This document shows positions 1-8,247 of a DNA stretch of 25,024 bases, piece by piece. Each line of letters begins with the position of its first letter. Position 1 is the first letter of the stretch. The notes under the pieces were generated by a model that saw only the letters and a program-made list of their open reading frames with translations, was not told the DNA's origin and searched no databases. Position numbers and translations under genes: made by a program. The stretch is from Calditrichaceae bacterium. Its GTDB lineage: Bacteria; Calditrichota; Calditrichia; Calditrichales; JBFXGD01. The DNA lies in contig JBFXLE010000039.1 of assembly GCA_050173015.1 (NCBI GenBank), positions 1-25,024 on the forward strand, read 5' to 3'.

Positions 1-183
1 TATTATTGCCACTTCCCGCAAACTTTTGGATATCATATATATGACGTTAAAGGAAAAATTAATCTTTGAAGATTTCCCAAATTTTGTAGTGAAATCTTCT
101 TAACACTAAAGATTTTATCATAGGAGTTAATATGCTTCTTCTAAATTAAACGATATTTGCGCTTACCAACAAAGTAAACATTC

Positions 184-987
184 ATGACGCCTGATGAAAT
201 TTTCGAGATATACGTTAGCCATAATTTGCTGAACAAAGCGTTGGCGGAATCGAAAACCTACGCAGCCGTCTCACTGCCCTGGACGATAAACCGCATGCGG
301 TATGTTTCATCCAGGGACGGTTTTGAGAAAAGGCTTCGGAATATTATTCTTGGAAAACTTCCGGAAATTTTTCTGCGCGAAGCATTTCATAAGTTAAATA
401 TATCTGCCGATTTTACCGGGGGCAGCACACCCTATTGGCAAGGTGACCGTTTTGATATGATGATTGAAATAAACGGCGAACCGGAAGAGTGGGATATTAA
501 AAGCCTAAATGTGGACCTGGAGAAAGTAAAGCCCGATGAGATCATGGATTTACCGGTGTTGGTGCCAAATAATTATGAAATGGATCAGTGGTCAAAACGG
601 GAAAAATGTTCAGATCGTATGAGCAGGAGAAAAAGGTTTCTTTTTGCCTATTTAAATTCATTGGGATTGAATGTCCGGCTTTCAGATGAACAATATCTAA
701 ATTTTCAAAAAGTTGTTGAAAACAAAGCGTATTATGAAAATCAAAAAGACTATATTCTGAGAATGGTCAGTCCGATTGAAGTAACGTTGGATAAAAATGA
801 AGCTTTAATAATGATTGCAGGTTGCGCGGGACCTGAAGAATGGCGTTTTTTCAACGATGTTCCCAAAGGTACTAACTTTTTGAACGGATTGTTTACGACG
901 AGGATAAAGAATAAGGGCTGCACAGTCCGGGAATTACAAGCCATAAAAAATCTTGTCCGGATTGATGACCGAAATATTTCTCTATAA
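184..987 (+). CDS. Putative PD-(D/E)xK-fold nuclease / candidate restriction endonuclease
   Basis: 267-aa ORF. The segment GKLPE...DRFD-MMIEINGEPEEW-DIK has the helix-Glu / Asp / (D/E)xK spacing of PD-(D/E)xK nucleases, and the gene converges on a DNA methyltransferase. The function is inferred. Confidence 0.5.
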   Translation: MTPDEIFEIYVSHNLLNKALAESKTYAAVSLPWTINRMRYVSSRDGFEKRLRNIILGKLPEIFLREAFHKLNISADFTGGSTPYWQGDRFDMMIEINGEPEEWDIKSLNVDLEKVKPDEIMDLPVLVPNNYEMDQWSKREKCSDRMSRRKRFLFAYLNSLGLNVRLSDEQYLNFQKVVENKAYYENQKDYILRMVSPIEVTLDKNEALIMIAGCAGPEEWRFFNDVPKGTNFLNGLFTTRIKNKGCTVRELQAIKNLVRIDDRNISL

Positions 988-1056
988 ATACAAAATCACG
1001 TAGATGTTGAGCTTTAAAAGGTAACATTGCAGGATCAAACAGAAAAATTATCAAAG

Positions 1057-2454
1057 TTAGAAGTTCTTCCGGAAAGTCAGACAGTATTGATGGAATGTAT
1101 TGCTGACCCAGGCATTTCCATAGCCGTAAGGAGCAATCCGGATATCATCCTGCAGCCAGAAATTCAGATCGCGCAATTCCATTTCCGGGGCCAGTTTTTC
1201 CACCAGGTCCCAGGCGAAAGTATAAATAGTTCCCTTTTTTTTGATATTTTTAACAATAATAGTCATGTGCCCGCCGGGTTTTAGACGCGAGATAACTTTA
1301 TCATAAATCCGAATTAATTTTGCCAGAAATATATCGTATTCGGCGCAATTCCCAAGATCAGTGTCAAGGTCGGAATAGTTGGTCAGCAGATCCTTGTCGC
1401 GGCGTTTTTGCTGAGTCTCCGCGCCTTTCATATTCAGCATATCCCAGTAGGGGGGAGATGTTATAATATAATCAAACTCTGAAGGGAACCCGGCGGTTCT
1501 GTCAAAAAAGTAAGCATCTCCGTGGGCAATAATAAAAGGATGATTACCATCTGTCCCTGGTATCTTATTATTCGCGGAAAACTGCTTCAGCCTTTCGACC
1601 GCGATCCGGTGAAAATGCTCGGTAATTTCACAACCGTAGGCGAGACGGCCCGTTTCGAGAGCAGCCATCTGTGTACTTCCCGTTCCTGACATGGGATCGA
1701 ATACCGAGTCACCCGGTTTTGTATATTTCTCTATAAACCGGCTGATCAAAACTTCGGGAAATTTAGCGGGATGCAGTTTTACTTTTTCATGACGAGGCGG
1801 TGGTTTTAGAATAAACCATGACGGGAAATCGGGCTTGTTGAAATTGCGGCCGGGGCCATATTTCACATCGGTTGATGCTTGCGGGGCAGTTAGAGTATGT
1901 CTGAAATTTAAGGCATAAAAAATATCAGATCCGGTATGCGGAAAATTTTTATTACCGGTATCAGATCCGTTGACGCATCCCAATTTTTCATCCTTCATCT
2001 CAAAATATTGAGTAACCAATTTGCCCACATGCCAGGCGGACGGATAAAAATTATTACCGGATTCATGATTTCGGACTAAAATTGTGAGGTATCGTTTAGG
2101 TTCTAAATAATTATATATTTGTTTGAGAATCGGGGTCAGCGTGTTTATAAAAAAATTGATCACGCCTTTTTCGGAATCAAGATGTTCATTTTGTAAATTT
2201 ATGACAGCGTAAGAGATCTTTTCAGTCAATAAATCCTGCTCAATATCTATGATTCGTCGTCCGGTCAGGCGCTGAAGGTCAAGAGCTTCATAGTCAATCC
2301 CATACACAGCGACTGCCGAAGGTGTCTCCTCCGGATTGTTCTCTTTTGTAAAAAAACGGATGAAATCCGGCAGGGATGAAACGTCCGCGATATACCACGA
2401 CTTGAGAAATTTCATATATGATTTGGAATCGAGATCGTTCAAACGGTTTTTCAT
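1057..2454 (-). CDS. DNA amino-methyltransferase (N4-C/N6-A; SPPY suggests m4C) with a degenerate duplicated N-terminal MTase domain
   Basis: The C-terminal half has HPAKFP (motif X), VFDPMSGTGST (SAM-binding motif I), YGCEI, HGDA, IITSPPY (catalytic motif IV) and LKPGG. Confidence 0.9.
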   Translation of the reverse strand: MKNRLNDLDSKSYMKFLKSWYIADVSSLPDFIRFFTKENNPEETPSAVAVYGIDYEALDLQRLTGRRIIDIEQDLLTEKISYAVINLQNEHLDSEKGVINFFINTLTPILKQIYNYLEPKRYLTILVRNHESGNNFYPSAWHVGKLVTQYFEMKDEKLGCVNGSDTGNKNFPHTGSDIFYALNFRHTLTAPQASTDVKYGPGRNFNKPDFPSWFILKPPPRHEKVKLHPAKFPEVLISRFIEKYTKPGDSVFDPMSGTGSTQMAALETGRLAYGCEITEHFHRIAVERLKQFSANNKIPGTDGNHPFIIAHGDAYFFDRTAGFPSEFDYIITSPPYWDMLNMKGAETQQKRRDKDLLTNYSDLDTDLGNCAEYDIFLAKLIRIYDKVISRLKPGGHMTIIVKNIKKKGTIYTFAWDLVEKLAPEMELRDLNFWLQDDIRIAPYGYGNAWVSNTFHQYCLTFRKNF

Positions 2455-2523
2455 GCTGAAGTATGATTTCTTTTGCTTTAGATGGAGTAGAATTTAATAT
2501 TCAATTTAGGAATACAGATCAAT

Positions 2524-2832
2524 TTAGTCACCGGTTTCTATATAAATGTAACCATCCTTTTCTTTAACCGGATAGGTTTTCAGCTTTAGCTTATCGTTAT
2601 TGATGAAAGCTCCCGTCTCCAGACTAAAAGACCATCCGTGATGAGGGCAGACGGCATGACCGTCCTTCGCGAAACCATCACTGATCGGTGCGCCCTGATG
2701 AAGGCAAAAATTCCGCAAGGCGTAAACGATTCCCTGATATCGAAACAAGGCGATTTTTCTATTATCAATTACAACCGCTTTGCTGAATCGCTCTTTAACT
2801 TCGTTGCTTTTGGCCGCTTTAACAAATGACAT
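2524..2832 (-). CDS. Small Rieske [2Fe-2S] ferredoxin (NirD/dioxygenase ferredoxin-like)
   Basis: CLHQG and CPHHGWSF Rieske ligand motifs; 102 aa. Its ATG overlaps the upstream stop codon (TAATG). Confidence 0.92.
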   Translation of the reverse strand: MSFVKAAKSNEVKERFSKAVVIDNRKIALFRYQGIVYALRNFCLHQGAPISDGFAKDGHAVCPHHGWSFSLETGAFINNDKLKLKTYPVKEKDGYIYIETGD

Positions 2833-3680
2833 TACAGTGATACTTCTTCTTTTAAGCGATACCCTTTGTCAGTCAGTTCGACCGTTCCCGCGGCGCGGAA
2901 CGGATCATGTTCAAATACAAGGATCCAGTTGCCTTCAACTGCCTTAGGAAGAATGCGTTTCTTCTCGGCCAATGTTGCCAGCGGATTATTGTCATATCCC
3001 ATGATATAAGGAAGCGGGATATGCGAAGCGGTAGGAATCAGATCCGCGCAATAAAGCAGTGTCTGATGACCGTCCGAAATTTTTGGCAGCTGCATACCCT
3101 GTGTATGGCCGAATACGACGAGCAGTTCTATTCCGGGAAATAGTTCCATGGGCCCGGAAAGTTCCTGCAGCTTACCGGCATCCAGGATGGGCTGATAATT
3201 TTCAGGCATATAACTGGCGCGGTCTTTTTCAGAAGGATTATTTGCCCAGTTCCATTGTTCTCCCTGCACGTAAAAAGTCGCGTTAGGAAAAGTCAGTTGA
3301 ACCTTTCCGTCCTGATCAAAATAAGTGGCGCCGCCGATATGATCGAAATGGAGGTGGGTCACAATGACATCGGTTATGTCTTCGGCTGACAATCCCGCTT
3401 TCGCAAGCCCCTTGTGTAGTTCATGTACGGAATGATCTACGCCATAAATTTTGGAGAGCTTTTCATCCATTTTTGTCCCAACCCCGGCATCAACCAAAAT
3501 AGTTCTGCCGTTACCTTTAATCACAAGGGTCCTTAACGCTAAACGGATACGATTGTATTCATCCGCGGGATTGGTTTTATTCCAAAGTGTTTTCGGAATA
3601 ATTCCAAACATCGCGCCGCCATCAAGACTCGCGTATCCTGTTTCTATTGAAAAAATTTCATAGTTGCCGATACGAATCAT
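2832..3680 (-). CDS. Metallo-beta-lactamase-fold hydrolase (YtnP-like)
   Basis: LDGGAMFGIIPK, THLHFDHIGG (HxHxDH), GHTQG, ADL, MGYD and FEHDP; Shine-Dalgarno GAGGA upstream on the minus strand. Confidence 0.92.
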   Translation of the reverse strand: MIRIGNYEIFSIETGYASLDGGAMFGIIPKTLWNKTNPADEYNRIRLALRTLVIKGNGRTILVDAGVGTKMDEKLSKIYGVDHSVHELHKGLAKAGLSAEDITDVIVTHLHFDHIGGATYFDQDGKVQLTFPNATFYVQGEQWNWANNPSEKDRASYMPENYQPILDAGKLQELSGPMELFPGIELLVVFGHTQGMQLPKISDGHQTLLYCADLIPTASHIPLPYIMGYDNNPLATLAEKKRILPKAVEGNWILVFEHDPFRAAGTVELTDKGYRLKEEVSL

Positions 3681-3711
3681 TTATTCCTCTTTCTTTATGA
3701 CAGTGCCGGGG

Positions 3712-4557
3712 TCAGATATTCAAATAATTATCCAGCCAGTGTTCGGTTAAATCACAAACCGTCTCATAGGCGGGGGTAAGCGTAACAATCGGATGCCGGA
3801 TATCAAATGTATGACCGGTATCCTCAAGCAGTTCAAGCCTTTTTACATCGGCCTGACAATTCTCGAAAAGCTCCTCACTCTCTGCCGCGGGCACTGATGT
3901 ATCTTCGAGCCCATGAATAAATAATGTCGGAATTTCTAATTTTTCCGCTGCCTTAATTAGATCAAACCGTGTTTTGTTTTTATTCAGGTCATCCCAGAAT
4001 GTTTTGTTAATTGGCATCATCTGTTTTGTACGTTTGTTTTCTATGCTTAAAACGCCATTTTCCTCCCATTCCCTGATCTGGTCATCAGAAAAACGAAAAA
4101 GATTGGAAACCGTCGACCAGGTAACCAGAGCTTGAATATCTTCACTCATCTCGATCGCTGTCAGAAGGGCAATGGCGCCGCCCCGGCTGTGCCCGATCAG
4201 GCCAAGCCTCTCGGGATCGATAATTCTTGACCCGATTTCACCGCTTTTTATTGCTTCTATAATACACTTAAGGTCATTTAACTCATGCGAGTAAGTATTA
4301 TCAGCAAATTTGTCAAGTTCAGTAAATTGACTGGGGTCAAGGCCGATTCCGTTTCTGGAAAAGTTAAAAGTTAAAGTGACATATCCACTTGAAGCCAGAC
4401 GTCTGGCGATATCAGGAAAAAATCCCCAGTCTTTAAATCCTTTGAATCCGTGGACAATTATAACCGTCGGTGCGTTGCGCGCGTCTTCACGATATTGAAT
4501 ATCAATATGGATGTCTTCATTATCATGGTTCTTTAGCGTATAGCTTTTGCGAATCAT
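3712..4557 (-). CDS. Alpha/beta-fold hydrolase (S9/esterase-like)
   Basis: HGFKGFKDWG, nucleophile elbow GHSRGG, HGLEDTSV (Asp) and GHTF (His). Confidence 0.9.
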   Translation of the reverse strand: MIRKSYTLKNHDNEDIHIDIQYREDARNAPTVIIVHGFKGFKDWGFFPDIARRLASSGYVTLTFNFSRNGIGLDPSQFTELDKFADNTYSHELNDLKCIIEAIKSGEIGSRIIDPERLGLIGHSRGGAIALLTAIEMSEDIQALVTWSTVSNLFRFSDDQIREWEENGVLSIENKRTKQMMPINKTFWDDLNKNKTRFDLIKAAEKLEIPTLFIHGLEDTSVPAAESEELFENCQADVKRLELLEDTGHTFDIRHPIVTLTPAYETVCDLTEHWLDNYLNI

Positions 4558-4640
4558 TTCCTTCCTCTTAACTATTTAACCAGGTGAATTACTGAGTACC
4601 GATATTTAGAATGTTTTTCTTTCTGTAAAATAAATTTAAT

Positions 4641-5786
4641 CTATAGATATAACTTTACCGCATAATTAACCGCATTCTGAACAATGTGAATATTTCTCGG
4701 ATATTTCAAGGCTCTTGCCATCCTTCTTGCTGAATTTAAAAAGATCAGCCCTGCCGGATCCTGATCTGCTCCCTTTTCACAAACCGAAAGAACCAGTGGC
4801 TTGAATAATTTGTTTTCATTCTCACCGGTTTTGTTCAATCCTGCAAACTGTGCCGTTGCCGATGTTTCATCCTTATCAGAAATTGCTTTTCCGATGCCTT
4901 CAATACTACCGCTAACATTTTCAGTCTTCCGATTATCAGGCGTCGGGAAATCATTAAAAGAACGGGCAATATAAGCGGCCAGGTTTCCCCAGATTATCTG
5001 ATATTTTGCTGATGCGTACCGGTAAGCCTGACGGGCATGGGTCAGGTAAACCGCGTTTTCCCCCTTTTTGCCAGGATTTACCGAAACTCGAAGAAAATAA
5101 TCGGGGTAATTGATTTTATCCGCCTGGACCGGTTCGATCCATTCTCCGGATGTATCATTTCTCAAGTTGACCAGATAGCGGATGACATTAAAGACAAGAT
5201 CTTCGCTGTTATCCCATTCGAGAAATTCCAAACCCTTGCTTGTCGCATTGGCCAATATCAGCGCCTGATGCCCGGCTTCCGAATAATAGCCGGAAGCGAT
5301 CTCAATCAGGTTCTCATTGAAATATTTCTTTGAATCTATCGCGTACAATATATTACGTGAGGTGCGAATGGCATCGTCATAATTTCCTTCATAGATAGCC
5401 AGGGCAAGATCTTTAACAACGACCGCCTGGGGAAATTCACCGTCCCTGAATCGCATTTTGCTAACATCATTTTCCATATAGTCAAAAGAGCTAAAGTATC
5501 GTATGGCTTTTTTTAGCACCGGAGTCGGATTGTCATCCTTAAAAACGGTCTTGACCAGATCGATTAGCGCGTCCGCGTAAATGACGCCCTGAGGAGTGAC
5601 TGACTGATTGTCGATCATCCTCGCGCCTAAGATATAAAATGAAGCCAGGATCCGATTCAGGGATTCGGTATCATCGATGCCGTTTTTGACGATTGAATTC
5701 GCGGATTCAATCTCCTTTTTGATCACGGCTTCGATAAGCTCTTCATTATACTTTTTCGGTATAATCTTGAGATTTAATAAGTCCAT
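4641..5786 (-). CDS. Hypothetical, probably all-helical protein (381 aa)
   Basis: Long ORF within a co-oriented gene run; no catalytic motif recognised. Confidence 0.75.
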   Translation of the reverse strand: MDLLNLKIIPKKYNEELIEAVIKKEIESANSIVKNGIDDTESLNRILASFYILGARMIDNQSVTPQGVIYADALIDLVKTVFKDDNPTPVLKKAIRYFSSFDYMENDVSKMRFRDGEFPQAVVVKDLALAIYEGNYDDAIRTSRNILYAIDSKKYFNENLIEIASGYYSEAGHQALILANATSKGLEFLEWDNSEDLVFNVIRYLVNLRNDTSGEWIEPVQADKINYPDYFLRVSVNPGKKGENAVYLTHARQAYRYASAKYQIIWGNLAAYIARSFNDFPTPDNRKTENVSGSIEGIGKAISDKDETSATAQFAGLNKTGENENKLFKPLVLSVCEKGADQDPAGLIFLNSARRMARALKYPRNIHIVQNAVNYAVKLYL

Positions 5787-5824
5787 TTATACTGTTCTTT
5801 CTATATTCATAGTGATGATCATTA

Positions 5825-6241
5825 CTATTGTGTTGATTTTTTCTTATAGCGGGAAATGAACAAATGAGCCCGCCAGCTGATTTTCGGATAATCGTCGAAT
5901 GGAAAGTTGGATTGACCGTTTTCTATGTTGTGTAAAGCTGTTTGCAAGTAGGGTTCTGTCTGATCAAGAATATCAGTCAACATTACGCCCTGGTAAATCC
6001 GGCCGAATGGTTCAAGCTTTTTTCGGGCTTTCCGCAGCTGGCTTTGCGCACCGCGAAAGTTTGAATTGCCAAAATGATATAATCCCACAGCGATATGAAG
6101 GAGTCCCTGATAAAAGAAGCGTTCTTTCCCCTTTACATCAAACCAGATATCTTCCAGCGTGTCGTGACATTCGAAGAAACAGGCAGAATTAAATTGTTCC
6201 ACAGCAGCAGTGAAGCGATTTTTTATAGAATCAGGATACAT
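5825..6241 (-). CDS. DUF309 family protein
   Basis: FN-x3-FFECHDTLEDIW and YQGLLHIAVGLYH...NFRGA signature. Confidence 0.88.
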   Translation of the reverse strand: MYPDSIKNRFTAAVEQFNSACFFECHDTLEDIWFDVKGKERFFYQGLLHIAVGLYHFGNSNFRGAQSQLRKARKKLEPFGRIYQGVMLTDILDQTEPYLQTALHNIENGQSNFPFDDYPKISWRAHLFISRYKKKSTQ

Positions 6242-6246
6242 TTTCT

Positions 6247-6615
6247 CTATAATCGGGTGACGAATTCAGCCAATTTACTCAACGCCGGTTCCTTTATGCC
6301 GGGAATCGGAGGCATATTGCCGCGCCCGGAAAGAATAACCGTTTTTATTTGATCGACGCTGAGCCCGTTTTTCTGTAAAGTTGGATTGGAGCCTCTGCCT
6401 TCACCAAAAGATCCATGACAGGTGGCGCAACTTTTTGCATATAATGCCATAGCTTCATCAAAGTCATGATTGTGATTCTGTTGATTGGCGGCAACATTGT
6501 TCTGATTGACTTTGACAATCTGCTTAAATGGATCGGTTTTGATCTGATAGACAACAACCAGCATGAATGCTAAAAACAGCAAAACTGAAAAAAACAAAAC
6601 CGGTCTTTTATCCAT
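6247..6615 (-). CDS. Membrane-anchored monoheme class I cytochrome c (c550/c551-like)
   Basis: N-terminal hydrophobic helix, CATCH heme motif and GRGNMP distal Met; Shine-Dalgarno GGAGG upstream. Confidence 0.9.
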   Translation of the reverse strand: MDKRPVLFFSVLLFLAFMLVVVYQIKTDPFKQIVKVNQNNVAANQQNHNHDFDEAMALYAKSCATCHGSFGEGRGSNPTLQKNGLSVDQIKTVILSGRGNMPPIPGIKEPALSKLAEFVTRL

Positions 6616-6869
6616 TAATCCTCCGAACGGGAATTCATTATCTTTTCATATGGTTATTGATACAATGCTTACACAAAATTTATTCCGGTGTATTCATTAT
6701 TTGGTATAAATGATTTTCCGGGAGTGAATATTCCGGTCAATCTTCAATTAACCATAAAGCAAAATTAATAAAAAGCGTGTAAAAAATAAACCTTTTTTGG
6801 TCATTTTCCAACATCGAATTGCATTTTGCAATGAGAATTCCTGATTTTCACAAGAAATTAACGAAAAAT

Positions 6870-7163
6870 ATGAAAAAAATAGTAATCAGATTGCCAAAAT
6901 TGAAAAAAGAAATTGAAACTTCGGGCGATGTGACCCTGCTGCAATTGTTAAGAGATCATGATATTCCTGTCGCCAATTCATGCAGCGGTGAAGCAATTTG
7001 CGGTTGGTGCAAAGTAACCGTTACTGAGGGAATAAATAAAATGCATCCGCCAACAAATGACGAGAACATATTAAGAGAAAAAAAGAATCTGAGGAAACAT
7101 GAACGTCTGGCCTGTCAAATTTGGGTTGAAACGGATTTGACGATAGACACGGATTATTGGTAA
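6870..7163 (+). CDS. [2Fe-2S] ferredoxin (adrenodoxin/plant-type fold)
   Basis: C-SGEAI-C-GW-C...RLACQ. ATG 6870 is preferred over the ORF-track TTG at 6819; the start is uncertain. Confidence 0.88.
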   Translation: MKKIVIRLPKLKKEIETSGDVTLLQLLRDHDIPVANSCSGEAICGWCKVTVTEGINKMHPPTNDENILREKKNLRKHERLACQIWVETDLTIDTDYW

Positions 7164-7254
7164 CCGGCCGACTTTAAAAAAAGACAACCTACTGGCTGTT
7201 CAGTTCATAAACGTTGCGCGCATATTATGCTATATTTCAGTCGGAATAATTTGT

Positions 7255-7719
7255 TCATCCAAGCGATTGAATGTCATTCAGCAATTCCGTGTGGTGTTCT
7301 TTGACTTTCACCTTTGGATAGACTTTGGCGATAACGCCATCAGGATCGATCAGATAGGTGGAGCGTACAATGCCCATAAATTCTCTTCCGTATAATTTTT
7401 TCAATTGCCAGGTCCCATAAGTCTCACAGACATTCCCTTCATCATCGCTGAGCAGATGAAACTCAAGATCATGTTTATTGGCAAATTTTTTATGTCTTTC
7501 TACGGAGTCCTTGCTGATCCCAAGAATAACCGCGTCAATGCTCTTAAAGTCCGGTAGTGATTCCTGAAAGTTACAGGCTTCGGTAGTGCATCCCGGTGTC
7601 ATATCTTTCGGGTAGAAATAAAGTACAACCCATTTTCCGCGATGTGAAGAAAGAGAAACAGATTTTCCTTCCTGATTTGGCAGTATGAAATCAGGTGCCT
7701 TTTTACCCACATCAAGCAT
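7255..7719 (-). CDS. bcp: Thioredoxin-dependent thiol peroxidase BCP/PrxQ
   Basis: VVLYFYPKDMTPGCTTEAC, GISKDS and RSTYLID; Shine-Dalgarno GGAGG upstream. Confidence 0.95.
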   Translation of the reverse strand: MLDVGKKAPDFILPNQEGKSVSLSSHRGKWVVLYFYPKDMTPGCTTEACNFQESLPDFKSIDAVILGISKDSVERHKKFANKHDLEFHLLSDDEGNVCETYGTWQLKKLYGREFMGIVRSTYLIDPDGVIAKVYPKVKVKEHHTELLNDIQSLG

Positions 7720-7974
7720 GATTTATCCTCCTGAATTTGAAAAATTGAATGTAACCATAGTTGAAATTTGCTGTATTCTTCAATCATCCGCAACAAAAAT
7801 ATTAAAAGTGTCTGCTTGCCATAAGCGCGATTGTTTCACGACGAAAACTGAATACTACATGAATTCACAGGGGATAGATATAAATAATGAGTCGTTTGCC
7901 CGGTCTGAACAGAAGGACCCTAAAAAATAATGACAGAAAAGAGGCAAAATTAGTTAAAATATTTAAAAAAATGT

Positions 7975-8044
7975 TTGATCTGGAATTATTAGTAACTATA
8001 TTTCTTATTACTAATGTGTTAGTAACTCAATTTAGTGTTACTAC
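7975..8044 (+). promoter_or_regulatory. Candidate sigma70-type promoter overlapped by an array of TTAGTAAC / (G/A)TTACTA half-sites (putative operator)
   Basis: TTGATC (7975)-16 bp-TATATT (7997). Half-sites lie at 7989, 8007, 8019 and 8037, with a perfect inverted repeat TTACTAA-tgtg-TTAGTAA at 8008-8025. Confidence 0.55.
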
Positions 8045-8247
8045 CAAATGACAAGGAATACCGATCTTCCGGAGATTGTGATTCTGACAAACAAAAAAAG
8101 CGTGTTTTGTTTCTCCCGGCGGCGGGAAATCGTTGATCCTTGTCTCTAATATTTTGTAATGCTGATTTTTCGACGCGTTTTTAAATGAAAATTATTGAAA
8201 TTGTGCAAAATTTCCCGTAAAGTAAAATTCAAGGCGTGGTTTATTGA

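Noticed and set aside
1-36. Possible start of a minus-strand gene (MISKSLREVAII) running off the left edge
   Set aside because: Only 12 codons are visible and there is no Shine-Dalgarno; it cannot be supported.
2832-3680. Beta-lactamase or quorum-quenching function for the MBL protein
   Set aside because: The fold motif alone does not give the substrate; this is a widespread YtnP-like family.
7599-7930. Short ORFs 7599-7796 (-) and 7685-7930 (+)
   Set aside because: They overlap bcp or its promoter region and show no motifs.
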